DNA of 64,000 nucleotides, taken from sequence record SRR31156797_3824. One strand, 5' to 3'. Made by a program: the position numbers and the translations under genes. Below, piece by piece: positions 1 to 11,400 of this stretch. Numbering within the stretch: position 1 is the first letter of the stretch; each line of letters opens with the position of its first letter. The notes under the pieces are model-generated. The model had not been told where the DNA came from. It worked only from the letters and a program-made list of their open reading frames with translations, and made no database searches.

Positions 1-108
1 GCGTTAAAAATTTTGATTGTAGAATAACTACTTATCGAAATATTTTTGCCTTGTTCTCGAGCATTTTTCCTACGCTACTGTTGAGCACTTATTTACTGTG
101 ATTGGTAT
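1..108. repeat. Vibrio ERIC-like/MITE-type intergenic repeat, truncated by window edge
   Basis: Ends in ...TTATTTACTGTGATTGGTAT followed by TA. Internal palindrome AAAAATTTT..GTAGAATAACTAC..AAATATTTTT. Resembles, from memory, the ~160-bp ATACC...GGTAT Vibrio repeat. Confidence 0.7.
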
Positions 109-267
109 TAATCACTAAGCTTTGATTGTTTATGAAGTCATAATCAGCGAAAATAGCGCCCAACTACGATTCACTCACGGACACTCACGACGAATTAATG
201 CAGCTATTGAGCTTTGTTGGTTGCTATGTGGGGTTGTATTCCGTATTAAAACTGAAAGAATTTTCTA

Positions 268-1857
268 ATGGCAGATCAGACATTTCTAGGCGAAGTTAGC
301 AAGCGCAGAACGTTCGCAATCATCTCTCACCCGGATGCGGGTAAAACCACCATTACTGAAAAAGTACTTTTGTTTGGAAACGCGATTCAAAAAGCGGGTT
401 CGGTAAAAGGTCGTGGTTCGTCACAGCATGCAAAATCAGACTGGATGGAAATGGAAAAGGAACGTGGTATCTCGGTAACCACCTCTGTCATGCAGTTCCC
501 TTACAATGACTGTCTGGTTAACCTTTTGGATACTCCGGGGCACGAAGATTTCTCGGAAGATACTTACCGTACTTTAACGGCGGTAGACTCATGTTTGATG
601 GTTATCGATGCGGCGAAAGGTGTCGAGGATCGTACTCGTAAGTTGATGGAAGTTACGCGTCTGCGTGATACGCCAATCGTAACGTTCATGAACAAACTTG
701 ACCGTGATGTTCGTGACCCAATGGAAGTGTTGGATGAAGTGGAAAACGAACTGGGTATGATGTGCGCGCCAATTACCTGGCCAATCGGCTGTGGTAAAGA
801 GTTTAAAGGTGTTTATCATATTCATCGTGACGAGACGATTCTGTATGAATCTGGTCATGGTCATGAGATTCAGGAAGTTCGTATCATCAAAGGTCTGGAT
901 AACCCTGAGCTGGATGAACAAGTGGGGGCTGACCTGGCAGAAAGTGTCCGTGAAGAGCTAGAGCTTGTTATGGGTGCTTGTCCTGAATTTGACCTGGAAT
1001 CATTCCTGACAGGTGAACTGACACCAGTTTACTTCGGTACTGCATTAGGTAACTTCGGTGTTGACCACATGCTAGATGGCTTGACTGAGTGGGCTCCAGC
1101 ACCAAAAACTCGTCAGACAGTTGAACGCGAAGTGGAAGCGACAGAAGAAAACTTCTCTGGTTTCGTATTTAAGATCCAGGCAAACATGGACCCTAAACAC
1201 CGTGACCGTATTGCATTCATGCGCATTGTATCTGGTACCTATAAGCAAGGTATGAAGATGAATCACGTACGTATTGGTAAGCAAGTGAGCATTTCTGATG
1301 CGGTTACTTTTATGGCGGGTGACCGTTCTCGTGCTGAAAACGCATACGCTGGCGACATTATCGGTTTACATAACCACGGTACGATTCAGATTGGTGACAC
1401 TTTTACTCAAGGTGAAACACTGAAGTTCTCTGGTATTCCAAACTTTGCGCCAGAGCTTTTCCGTCGTATTCGTCTTAAAGATCCTTTGAAGCAGAAACAG
1501 CTATTGAAAGGCTTGGTTCAGCTTTCGGAAGAGGGTGCGGTACAGGTATTCCGTCCACTACAAAACAACGACCTTATCGTAGGTGCGGTTGGTGTACTTC
1601 AGTTTGATGTGGTTGTTGCACGTTTGAAATCTGAGTACAACGTAGAAGCGATTTACGAAGGTGTGAACGTTGCTACCGCTCGTTGGGTTGAATGTGATGA
1701 CGTTAAGAAGTTTGAAGAGTTCAAACGCAAGAATCAAAGCAACCTAGCGTTAGATGGTGGTGATAACCTAACCTATATTGCCCCAACCATGGTGAACTTA
1801 AACTTGGCTCAAGAGCGTTCTCCTGAGGTTGTGTTCCGAGCGACTCGTGAGCATTAA
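268..1857 (+). CDS. prfC: peptide chain release factor 3
   Basis: [32 protein letters not shown] and NKLD GTPase motifs; 529 aa. Confidence 0.98.
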   Translation: MADQTFLGEVSKRRTFAIISHPDAGKTTITEKVLLFGNAIQKAGSVKGRGSSQHAKSDWMEMEKERGISVTTSVMQFPYNDCLVNLLDTPGHEDFSEDTYRTLTAVDSCLMVIDAAKGVEDRTRKLMEVTRLRDTPIVTFMNKLDRDVRDPMEVLDEVENELGMMCAPITWPIGCGKEFKGVYHIHRDETILYESGHGHEIQEVRIIKGLDNPELDEQVGADLAESVREELELVMGACPEFDLESFLTGELTPVYFGTALGNFGVDHMLDGLTEWAPAPKTRQTVEREVEATEENFSGFVFKIQANMDPKHRDRIAFMRIVSGTYKQGMKMNHVRIGKQVSISDAVTFMAGDRSRAENAYAGDIIGLHNHGTIQIGDTFTQGETLKFSGIPNFAPELFRRIRLKDPLKQKQLLKGLVQLSEEGAVQVFRPLQNNDLIVGAVGVLQFDVVVARLKSEYNVEAIYEGVNVATARWVECDDVKKFEEFKRKNQSNLALDGGDNLTYIAPTMVNLNLAQERSPEVVFRATREH

Positions 1858-1884
1858 TCGTAATTAGTGATTCAGTTGTGTGAT

Positions 1885-1919
1885 AAAAGGGCCGAACGTG
1901 AAAATGTTCGGCCCTTTTT
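1885..1919 (+). terminator. Rho-independent terminator of prfC
   Basis: AAAAGGGCCGAAC-N8-GTTCGGCCCTTTTT. Confidence 0.85.
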
Positions 1920-2350
1920 CTATTAAAACTTTCAAATATTCATCCGATGCTCAAGTATATATCCTATATTCATTCCGCCTATTTTATTAATCAGCAATAG
2001 CCTTATTCTTCTATTTTATAATTTCCACTGTTTATATTTTTCTGTTCTGAAAATTAATACTTCAATCAGGTGAGCAATTTATTTTTAATTTTTAATATTA
2101 ATCTTAAGAAAATTGTGGCTAATTTTTTGTGTTTTTATTTAATTGATTGTTTTGTTATTTAATTCTTGGAGGTTATATTAAGTTACAAATAGAAATATTT
2201 GGTGCCGTTCATTGTCTTATAACTGTTTGTTTCGTCGCATTTTTCTCAAAATAAGCCTATTTGCTTAATTAGTCATATGTTATACGTGAACGAAAGTTGT
2301 AGAGGTATCCTTGCTTGCGTAAGAATTATAATCCAAAGGAATGAATGTAA

Positions 2351-3964
2351 ATGTTTCGGCCATCAATAAAAAATAAAATAGTAGCTCTTTGCTTTTTATC
2401 ACTCATTGGTTTTACAAGTATCCTTTATATTTCAGGCAGAACACTTTCTAGTAACACTAGACAAGTAACTAAAATACAAGAAGTTTACTACCCAGAGATG
2501 AACTCAGCTTCTTTAAATGTGTTTTTAATTAGTCAACTGGCTGAACGGTTTAATCTTGCTGTGACCTTAGGTGATACGGAGCTGCTAGAAAGTAACCGTT
2601 CTACGTACCAAAAAATTATTGAAAACTTTGAACTGCAACAAAAGCTCGATTCTAAAGGTATCCCTCAAATATCTAAACTTAAAGCTGGTGTAGATAGCTA
2701 TTTTAATGGCGCTTTTGATGTTGCCTACGGCATGATCGAAGGGACGATTAATTTACAAGAAGCATCTAGAAAAGCTTTGGTTAATAACGAAATATTGGAA
2801 AGTATCACAGAAAATATTAAAAGATACTCTGATTCACAAGTTAAAGATTTTGAAAATTCGGTTATTTCTCTGGGTGGCGATAATAGACGTGCTAGCCGCG
2901 TAATGAACATATTAGGTTTTATATCGGTGATTTTGATTGGCCTGGTGAGTCTATTTGTTATTCGCGGGATCAGAAAAGATTTATTAATGATTAGCAACAA
3001 TATGCGTCATATCTCCGAGGGTGACGGAGACTTAACGGTCCGGTTAGTACATAACAAAGATGATGAGCTAAAAGATCTCGTTAACTCTTTTAATAACTTT
3101 GTCCAGAAACTGCAAAACACGATAACTGAAACCATTACAAACGTCAGTAAGTTGGACGATATCTCCAACCATTTGGTTGCCTCAAGTAACTCAACAAGTC
3201 AGTTATCTTCAAAACAAAGCAATGCGATTGAGGATGTATCGAAATCTCTTAGCCAACTTTTTGAAGCGGCTAAACATATTGCAGTGAATGCTAACGATGC
3301 ATCCAGCTCTGCGATGAGTGCTAAAGAGCAAGCGTCGTCGGGAGAGGGGCAAGTTAAAAGCTCTATTTTAGCGATTCAAGAGCTGACGGAGGACATAAAA
3401 AACGCTTCGTCAGTCGTCCATCAGCTCGATGCCAATACGCAAAATGCCGGGTCAATTTTGGATGCGATTAGTGCAATAGCCGATCAAACCAATCTGCTTG
3501 CACTTAACGCGGCGATTGAAGCCGCCCGCGCTGGAGCTCAAGGTCGAGGTTTTGCCGTTGTCGCCGATGAAGTACGCGCCCTTGCTTCTCGCACTCAATC
3601 TTCTACTCAAGAAATTCACAATGTGCTTCAGCAGCTTCAAGAACAGACCAAGCAAACTTCTCTGTTGATTACGGAAAGTTCTGAGAAAGCGCAAAGTTGT
3701 GTTGAAAAGTCCTTGATTGCGGAACAGTCTTTAAAGCGGATTACTTCTGATGTGGCTGATATTAGTCAGCGTAATGAAATGATCGCCTCGGCTACTGAAG
3801 AGCAGGAACAAACATCATCCAAACTTGAAGTGTATATCCATGATATCAAAGAAATGTCTCAAGGAACCTCAACCAGTGTGAGTCAACTGGATAACGTTGC
3901 CAATGATATCAACCTAATTACCGCCAATTTATCGCGGCTGACAGGGCACTTTAAAGTCAGTTAA
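2351..3964 (+). CDS. methyl-accepting chemotaxis protein (2 TM, periplasmic sensor, HAMP, signalling domain)
   Basis: [34 protein letters not shown] hairpin motif; [16 protein letters not shown]. Confidence 0.95.
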   Translation: MFRPSIKNKIVALCFLSLIGFTSILYISGRTLSSNTRQVTKIQEVYYPEMNSASLNVFLISQLAERFNLAVTLGDTELLESNRSTYQKIIENFELQQKLDSKGIPQISKLKAGVDSYFNGAFDVAYGMIEGTINLQEASRKALVNNEILESITENIKRYSDSQVKDFENSVISLGGDNRRASRVMNILGFISVILIGLVSLFVIRGIRKDLLMISNNMRHISEGDGDLTVRLVHNKDDELKDLVNSFNNFVQKLQNTITETITNVSKLDDISNHLVASSNSTSQLSSKQSNAIEDVSKSLSQLFEAAKHIAVNANDASSSAMSAKEQASSGEGQVKSSILAIQELTEDIKNASSVVHQLDANTQNAGSILDAISAIADQTNLLALNAAIEAARAGAQGRGFAVVADEVRALASRTQSSTQEIHNVLQQLQEQTKQTSLLITESSEKAQSCVEKSLIAEQSLKRITSDVADISQRNEMIASATEEQEQTSSKLEVYIHDIKEMSQGTSTSVSQLDNVANDINLITANLSRLTGHFKVS

Positions 3965-4090
3965 TCACTAATTTAATCCCATGTTTCCCCTCATAACATT
4001 GCTCCTGATGAGCGATGCAGGGGCACTTATACCTAAAAAACGTGCTTTTACGTAAAAACACCCCCTTATCTCATTAACTAGGAGTGTACG

Positions 4091-5188
4091 ATGAGAAAAA
4101 CAATAATAGCCGCAGCGATCAGTGGATTAGCTTTTGGAGCTAATGCGGCAAACTTAGATGATTTGAGAATTAGTGGCTTCGGCTCTGTTGTTGTCGGTCA
4201 ATCGGACAATGACGTGGGTTATGCTGGCTATAAAGATCAAGTCGATTTTAAACAAGATACACTGCTTGGCTTACAGTTCGATTTTCAAGTTAACGATAGA
4301 GCAAGTGCGACAGCACAGATTGTTTCGAATGGTCGATACAACTTTGACCCTGCGGTCGAAGTGGCTTATTTAAGTTATGATGTTGATTTTGCGACAATAC
4401 GTGGCGGTAAAATTCGCACTCCTTTCTTTATCTATTCTGATTTCTTAGATGTTGGTTATGCGTATCCAATGCTACGACCATCACAAGAAATCTACGAACA
4501 CCTGATTATCACCAGCTTTACTGGCTTAGACCTTTTATTGCCAATCGATATTGGTGATTCAACTTTGCAACTGCAACCTTACCTTGGTGAAAGCCAACTG
4601 GAAGAGCGTGATATTCCGTTTGACCAAACGGCTGAACTGAATGAAGTATTCGGTATTGCTGGTAACTGGTATATCGGAGATTGGACAATACATGCCTCTT
4701 ACGTTCAGGCAGAACTCGAGCCAATGAAAGTTAGCGCTGAAACTCCTTCTGATAGCGCGAGAATAAAACTTTTGCAGTTGGATCAGCAACAAGCAGCCAT
4801 ATTCCACTCTCTCGGTGTTCAGTATAACGATGGTGATTGGTTGTTAAATGTTGAAGGTATGACCATGGAGCTGGAAGGTACTTTCTATGATGTTAAAGCT
4901 GCTTCTGCTCTGGTGGGTTATCAAATTGATCAAGTGACACCATACTTGGCTTCTGCGTTTGTTGAGACCACCGATGATGAAAATCGAGCTGGGTTCCCGT
5001 TCACTCCTACAATGCAGACGTTTGAGCGTACTTCTTACTCACTAGGCTTACGTTGGGACTTTGCTTCGAATATCGCGATGAAGTTGGATACGACCTACGC
5101 TGACTTTGGCGGTACCACGGGTAACTTTAACGGTCACAGAGAAGAAGATACTTTGGTTTATTCAGCATCTGTCGATTTCGTATTCTAA
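4091..5188 (+). CDS. outer-membrane beta-barrel porin-like protein
   Basis: Signal peptide MRKTIIAAAISGLAFGANA, alternating amphipathic strands, C-terminal VDFVF; AGGAG RBS. Confidence 0.8.
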   Translation: MRKTIIAAAISGLAFGANAANLDDLRISGFGSVVVGQSDNDVGYAGYKDQVDFKQDTLLGLQFDFQVNDRASATAQIVSNGRYNFDPAVEVAYLSYDVDFATIRGGKIRTPFFIYSDFLDVGYAYPMLRPSQEIYEHLIITSFTGLDLLLPIDIGDSTLQLQPYLGESQLEERDIPFDQTAELNEVFGIAGNWYIGDWTIHASYVQAELEPMKVSAETPSDSARIKLLQLDQQQAAIFHSLGVQYNDGDWLLNVEGMTMELEGTFYDVKAASALVGYQIDQVTPYLASAFVETTDDENRAGFPFTPTMQTFERTSYSLGLRWDFASNIAMKLDTTYADFGGTTGNFNGHREEDTLVYSASVDFVF

Positions 5189-5198
5189 GGAAAGAGTG

Positions 5199-5609
5199 AT
5201 GAAAAAATTAATCGTATTACTGGCAACCTCGTTACTGTCATTTAACGCGCTTGCGAGCATTGTTGTTATTGGCAATCCCTCTGGGGTTGATAATTTATCT
5301 TCATCTGATGTGAAGAAACTGTTTTTAGGTAAATCAACGAAGTTAAGTAACGGCACAACAGCACGTATTGTTGAATTAGCCGACGGTTCTGAAGGGCGTA
5401 TCGCTTTCCATGAAGTTGCAACCGGTCGTAGCGAAGCGCAGATCCAATCAGCTTGGTCTCGTTTAGTTTTTACCGGTAAAGCGGAAGCACCTATTCAGGT
5501 GGCTGATTACAATGCAGTCGTCGCTGAAGTTGCTTCCAATGCCAACGCCGTGGGCTACGTTGAAGAGTCAGCACTCAATGACAGCGTCAAAGTTCTACAT
5601 AAATTATAA
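5199..5609 (+). CDS. small periplasmic protein, type 2 periplasmic-binding-fold ('phosphate ABC SBP-like'), 136 aa
   Basis: ATG at 5199 after AAGGAAAGAG; signal peptide; VVIGNP, LFLGK, WSRLVFTGK and NANAVGYV motifs. Confidence 0.8.
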   Translation: MKKLIVLLATSLLSFNALASIVVIGNPSGVDNLSSSDVKKLFLGKSTKLSNGTTARIVELADGSEGRIAFHEVATGRSEAQIQSAWSRLVFTGKAEAPIQVADYNAVVAEVASNANAVGYVEESALNDSVKVLHKL

Positions 5610-5625
5610 TTAGTGGCATAAACAG

Positions 5626-5661
5626 AAAAGCCTAACTTCATATAATAGAAGTTAGGCTTTT
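5626..5661. terminator. bidirectional terminator between the SBP gene and dapD
   Basis: AAAAGCCTAACTTC-N8-GAAGTTAGGCTTTT. Confidence 0.85.
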
Positions 5662-5701
5662 ATTATTGAGCGGTCAGGAACAAACCCTGACGCTGATTCA
5701 A

Positions 5702-6733
5702 TTAGTTGTTGCTGTGTAGTTCGCTGTTTAGTTCAACAGCAGATTTGTTTGCCAGACACTCAACTTGACCGGTTTGAGAGTTACGACGGAACAGAAGATC
5801 AGATACGCCTGCTAGGTCACGTCCTTTCACGATTTCTACTTCGTTGCCTTCTTTATCCAGCATACGTACTTTTGTACCTGCTGTTACGTATAGGCCTGAT
5901 TCAACGGTACAACGGTCACCTAATGGGAAACCAAGACCTGCGTTTGCGCCTAATAGTGAGTTTTCACCGATTGAAACAACAACCGTACCGCCACCAGACA
6001 GTGTACCCATGATAGATGCGCCACCACCGATGTCTGAACCGTTACCAACCACAACACCTGCTGAGATACGACCTTCAACCATGCTCACGCCAGTTGTACC
6101 TGCATTGAAGTTGATGAAACCTTCGTGCATCACAGTGGTTCCTTCACCCACGTGTGCGCCAAGACGTACACGAGAAGTGTCAGCGATACGCACGCCCGCA
6201 GGAACCACGTAATCCACCATTTTAGGGAATTTATCGACGCAATCGACAGTCAGTGTGCGGCCGGCTAAGCGAGCTTCGATTTGACGACCGGTCAGTTCTG
6301 GTAGATCGATTGGACCTTCGTTCGTCCATGCGATGTTGTGCAGAAGACCAAAGACGCCGTCTAGTACTGTACCGTGAGGTTGAACCAGACGGTTTGAAAT
6401 AAGTTGTAGTTTCAGGAAGCCTTCAGAGACTGATTGAGGTTTCTCGTCTGCTGCTAGAACAACCAGTACAAGAGGTTGCTCTGAGCTTGCCGCTTTCTCT
6501 GCGAAAGCTGCGCTTACTGCTTGATCGTTATCAGCAAATGCTTTTGCTAATTGTGCGCTTTGTGCGGCAGAAACTTCGATTGACTGATTACCTTCTGCGT
6601 AACCCGCTATCACTGCGATATCAGCGATTAAAGCATCGCTAGGGTTTAGAATGGGTGCCGGGAAGTATGCTTCAATAATTTTTCCATCACGGTTTTTGGT
6701 TGCCGTACCGAAGCCAAGTGCGAAATGCGCCAT
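5702..6733 (-). CDS. dapD: tetrahydrodipicolinate N-succinyltransferase (long type)
   Basis: VDKFPKMVDYVVP, RVRLGAHVGEGTTVMHEGFINFNAGT, hexapeptide repeats. Confidence 0.9.
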   Translation of the reverse strand: MAHFALGFGTATKNRDGKIIEAYFPAPILNPSDALIADIAVIAGYAEGNQSIEVSAAQSAQLAKAFADNDQAVSAAFAEKAASSEQPLVLVVLAADEKPQSVSEGFLKLQLISNRLVQPHGTVLDGVFGLLHNIAWTNEGPIDLPELTGRQIEARLAGRTLTVDCVDKFPKMVDYVVPAGVRIADTSRVRLGAHVGEGTTVMHEGFINFNAGTTGVSMVEGRISAGVVVGNGSDIGGGASIMGTLSGGGTVVVSIGENSLLGANAGLGFPLGDRCTVESGLYVTAGTKVRMLDKEGNEVEIVKGRDLAGVSDLLFRRNSQTGQVECLANKSAVELNSELHSNN

Positions 6734-6967
6734 GTTCGTTCTCCATTTAATTTTGAATTAGGTTGATTGCATACGCCCTGAACAGTAGGAACGTTGCTTT
6801 AAGTCATCTGATGAAGGTCATCATAAAGAGAGTTGTTGAGGGATAAAAGAGTAAAAAAGGAATAAGTCTGTAGAACGATACCTTTTGTCTTTTTAGAGAT
6901 ACATCTCTCTAAATGGAATTTGGTGCTTATGTAGGTTGGGTAGAACATTTTACAAACGCTTAAAATC

Positions 6968-6993
6968 AAAAACCGCTGACACAGCAGCGGTTT
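6968..6993 (-). terminator. terminator of yebG-like gene
   Basis: AAACCGCTG-N6-CAGCGGTTT with A-run on the left. Confidence 0.7.
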
Positions 6994-7016
6994 ATAAGCT
7001 TGGTGTAAACTTAATG

Positions 7017-7307
7017 TTATGCAGCGTCGTCGACAGAGTCTTCACTCTTTACTGCTTTTGGCTTTTTTGGAGCTGGCTTGCGTTTTGCGCCCAGAGCAAC
7101 CAGAACATCTTCTTTATTCTGTGCTAGGAACATTGCAAGTTCTTCAGTTTTCGCTTCGTCTTCAATCAGTTCACTCTTACCGATAAGTTCGAACAGCTCG
7201 TCCGCCATATCCAGCATTTTGTCATAAGCGTCAGCTTCGGCTTTCGAGGTAAAAGTCATTTTCTCTTCTCCGTTGCGCTCCACCACGTACTTAACTATGA
7301 CAGCCAT
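7017..7307 (-). CDS. yebG: YebG-family DNA-damage-inducible protein
   Basis: MAVIVKYVVERNGEEKMTFTSKAEADAYDKMLD; upstream SOS box. Confidence 0.88.
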   Translation of the reverse strand: MAVIVKYVVERNGEEKMTFTSKAEADAYDKMLDMADELFELIGKSELIEDEAKTEELAMFLAQNKEDVLVALGAKRKPAPKKPKAVKSEDSVDDAA

Positions 7308-7336
7308 GGTCCATCCTCTAAATTGCTTTTGAATTA

Positions 7337-7352
7337 CTGTCTTTTTATACAG
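7337..7352. promoter_or_regulatory. LexA (SOS) box
   Basis: CTGTCTTTTTATACAG (CTG-N10-CAG) 30 bp upstream of yebG. Confidence 0.85.
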
Positions 7353-7400
7353 GTTTGGAATCTCAATGTCCAGATGAAGTCTGGAAAGGTGATAAGTATA

Positions 7401-8312
7401 TCAAGGAAGATCGGATATCTCCTTGTTTTGATGCCAATGATGGCAAAAGTCGATAAAACGTTTTAACAACGGGCTTTGGTACTTCTCTTTGTGTACCAGC
7501 AACCAAAAGCGTCTTTTCATATCTAACGGAATATCAAGAACCACAATTCGTCCATCATTAATGGCAGACTGAGCAGCTAAACGCGAAAGGCACCCAAAGC
7601 CCAAACCAGCTGAAACACAATTAATGATCGCTTCTGTCGTATTGAGTTCAAAAGCCTCGTGCCACTGCTCGATACGTGGCGCGATAGCGCGTAAAAAGAA
7701 CTCTCTTGATCCTGATCCCGCTTCTCTTAGCATCCATTCACTTTGTTCGAAGTCTCGCATTGTGATTTTTTCCTGAGTCGCTAAAGGATGGCTAGGCGAA
7801 CAGACAATACACATTTCATCCTGACTAAACTGGGTTGAAATCAGCTGTGGATGGAGGGTTTTACCCTCGATTAAAGCGATATCCAGTTCATAATCAACCA
7901 GCTTCTGGCAAATCAGTGCAGAGTTTGAAATAAACAGACTTTGCGACTGATGCTGATACTGCTGGCGAAACTGACTGAGCAGGTATGGTGCGACCTGATT
8001 CCCTATGGTGTCACTGGCTCCGATCCGAAGATCACCGGATAATGTCAGCCCTTCATCAAACAGTTGATCGATCGCGTTGGAACGGTTTAACAGCTCATCG
8101 GCAAGAGGGAGAAGCTTTTGTCCTTCCTGATTCAAAACCAATCGGTTATTGACCCGATCAAACAGAGCATGACCAATCTGCTTTTCCAGTTCCGACAATG
8201 CCATACTGACGGCCGCCTTGGAAAGAAACAGCACTTCAGCCGCTGAGGTTAGGGTTTTGTGCTGAGTAATGGTGGTAAACACTTTTAACTGTTTAAGTGA
8301 AATATTGCTCAT
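7401..8312 (-). CDS. LysR-family regulator (YeiE/CysL-like)
   Basis: N-terminal HTH (AAEVLFLSKAAVSMALSELE); REAGSGSR motif. Confidence 0.92.
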   Translation of the reverse strand: MSNISLKQLKVFTTITQHKTLTSAAEVLFLSKAAVSMALSELEKQIGHALFDRVNNRLVLNQEGQKLLPLADELLNRSNAIDQLFDEGLTLSGDLRIGASDTIGNQVAPYLLSQFRQQYQHQSQSLFISNSALICQKLVDYELDIALIEGKTLHPQLISTQFSQDEMCIVCSPSHPLATQEKITMRDFEQSEWMLREAGSGSREFFLRAIAPRIEQWHEAFELNTTEAIINCVSAGLGFGCLSRLAAQSAINDGRIVVLDIPLDMKRRFWLLVHKEKYQSPLLKRFIDFCHHWHQNKEISDLP

Positions 8313-8487
8313 TATTTCTGTTTAAGTATGTTGAACGTGACTGGATAAAAACAACTTACTGCTAAACATTGATTAAGTAAAAGCCTCTTTGGGTATTAGT
8401 TAACCTTTTGAATATTAGGTTAGATAAATGCGCTAGGAGTTATGCTAATCTCAACAGCTACATAGGTGAGAATTTCATGAGTGAATT

Positions 8488-11400
8488 GTGTTTACTGTTT
8501 ACCATTCCAACAAAGTCGATACGCTAAAAATCTTGCTGGTGCATTTAATAAAAAATGCGCCGTTAGCCAATCCTTTTGAAAAAGAGCAGATATTGGTTCA
8601 AAGTCCGGGTATGTCTCAGTGGCTAAAAATGGCTTTGGCTGAAGAACTGGGTATAGCAGCAAACATTGAGTTTCCGCTTCCGGCAACCTTTATCTGGGAT
8701 ATGTTTACCTATGTGCTTCCAGATGTGCCTAAACGCAGTGCGTTTAACAAAGAGGCGATGACCTGGAAACTGATGGAAATACTGCCTAATCAGTTAGAAC
8801 GTGATGAATTCTCTCCCTTAAAACAGTACCTGAAAGACGATACCGACCAATCTAAGCTCTACCAGTTAGCTGAAAAAATCGCGGATATTTTTGATGGATA
8901 TCTAGTGTATCGCCCGGACTGGATAGATGCATGGGAAGCGGGTGAAAGCGTGGATGAAATTGGTGATGACCATCCATGGCAGCCCATTTTATGGAAAGCG
9001 CTCTATGACTACACGGTGAATGATCAGCAGCAATCTCATTATCACCGTGCAAATTTATACCAAAAGTTCATTGAAGCCGTTGTGGCAGGGCGTGTTCCGT
9101 TAGAAAAACTGCCTAAGCGACTGTTTATTTTTGGTATTTCATCTCTTCCTCCGCGCTATACCGATGCATTGAAAGCTTTGGGTGAACACATTGATGTTCA
9201 TTTGATGTTTACGAACCCTTGTCAGCATTACTGGGGCGACATCCGTGACAGAAAATACCTTGCCAGAATAGAAGCTCAGCGACGTAAGCAACTGGCTTTA
9301 GATGGACAATCTATTGCTATCACTGGCGAAATTTCACCGCTGAAAGGCGAGCTGGAAAGTAACGTTATTGAAGATGAACTGCATACCGACCAAGCGGTAG
9401 GCAACAGCTTGCTCGCGTCTATGGGAAAACTGGGGCGTGACAATTTATATCTTCTGGCTCAAAGCGAGAATGAAGAGCATGAGTTGTTCATCGATATACC
9501 TCGCGACAATTTACTGCGTCAGTTGCAAGCGGACGTGCTGCATTTAGAAGAGCATCAAAACGACCACTTACTAGAAACCAGCACGCATAAGCCAGCCATT
9601 GCGCACAATGATCGGTCACTCACTTTACACGCTTGCCATAGCCCGATGCGTGAAGTGGAAGTTCTGCATGATGAATTACTGGCGATGTTTGACCGCGATC
9701 CGCAGCTCAAGCCTCGTGATGTGATTGTGATGGTTGCGGATATCAACGCTTATAGCCCATATATTCAGGCGGTATTTGGTAATGCGCCGGGTGAACGTTT
9801 TATCCCGTATTCAATTTCTGACCGTACCGCTAATCAGGAAAGCCCAATACTCAATGCGTTCATGCAGTTGGTTGCTTTGCCTCAATCTCGCTGTCTGGCT
9901 TCCGAGCTGTTGGAGTTATTAGAAACTCCTGCCATGATGAACCGCTTTGACATTGATGAGAGTGAGTTTGAAACCGCGAAGCGCTGGGTTGAAGAGTCTG
10001 GTATTCGCTGGGGGCTGGATGCCACCACAGCGCAAGAGTTCGATTTACCGAAAAATGAACAAAATACCTGGCAATTTGGTATTAACCGTATGCTCTTAGG
10101 CTACGCTATGCCGGCGAGTGTCACTCTGTTCGAACAAGGCGAAAGTGTTTTAGCCCCATACAACGAAGTTCAGGGGATGAGTGCTGAACTGGCCGGTAAA
10201 TTAGCGCACTTTATCGAAATGGTGAGTCACTACCGTCGAGCACTGACACAAATTCAATCTGTCGACAGCTGGCGTGAATCGCTAAATAGTTTGTTGGATG
10301 ATTTCTTTCTGGTCGACTTAGATGGTGAGATGGCACTGAAGTCGATTCGCGATACCTTGGTTGCTCTAAAAGAGCAGTTACAGGATGCTGGCTACGAACA
10401 GGACATTGCTCCCGCCATTATCTTCGAATATTTAAACAACAAGCTATCTGGTACTCGGGTGAGTCAGCGTTTTCTTGCCGGACAAGTCAACTTCTGTACT
10501 TTAATGCCAATGCGTTCCATTCCTTTCAAAACCGTATGTTTATTGGGGATGAACGATGGTGTTTACCCTCGGTCAATGCCGCCAGAAGGCTTTGATTTAA
10601 TGAACGGGCGTACCCGACGTGGTGACCGTTCACGACGTGATGATGACCGTTATCTGTTTTTAGAAGCACTGCTTTCAGCTCAGCAAACGTTGTATATCAG
10701 TTTTGTGGGACGTTCAATTCAGGATAATACCGAGCGTGTACCGTCAGTTCTGGTTAGTGAATTACTGGAATACTGTGAGCAGAACTACTGCCTGAATGGC
10801 GATGAAGCACTGCCAAGTGATGATTCGGGCAAGAAGCTGGTGAAACAGATAACCACCATTCACAGCATGGTGCCATTTAGCCCAAACAACTTTGTTGATC
10901 TAAACGCCAGCTATGCCAAAGAGTGGCTGCCTGCCGCGCTGCGTCAGGGGCAAGCCAGTGGAGAGTTTAATCTTCCGCTGGACGATTACTTGCTGGATGC
11001 GACTTATCCGCTGGATCTCGACTTGGTTGAGCTGCAACGATTCTGGCGACTGCCTGTGCAGTACTTCTTTAATCGTCGTCTGAAAGTCTTTTTTGAACCG
11101 CCATTGCCAGTTATGGACGATGAAGAGCCGTTTGCTCTTGATGGTTTAAGTAGTTATCAATTGCGTGACAACTTACTGGAAGTCTTACAAAACGCAGATT
11201 TGCAAGCGGATAAACAAGCGACATTGAATCAGTTTATTCAGCAGCAGCGAGCACAAGGTAAATTACCGGTGGGCGCTTTTGGTGAATTGGAGTTTGAAGT
11301 CAACCGGGCTCAAACCGAGGACGTGCTGGATAAAATTCATTTCCTTTGTCAGAAGCCGTTAGACGATCTCGAAGTGTCATTGATGACCACAATTCTCGGA

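Noticed and set aside
172..190. Direct repeat CACTCACG x2 upstream of prfC
   Set aside because: Only two short units; not a CRISPR or iteron array, and plausible by chance.
1920..2350. AT-rich stretch as a gene remnant
   Set aside because: The frames I read close quickly; consistent with an AT-rich promoter region.
6734..6960. Lysine riboswitch upstream of dapD
   Set aside because: No L-box signature or terminator/antiterminator seen.
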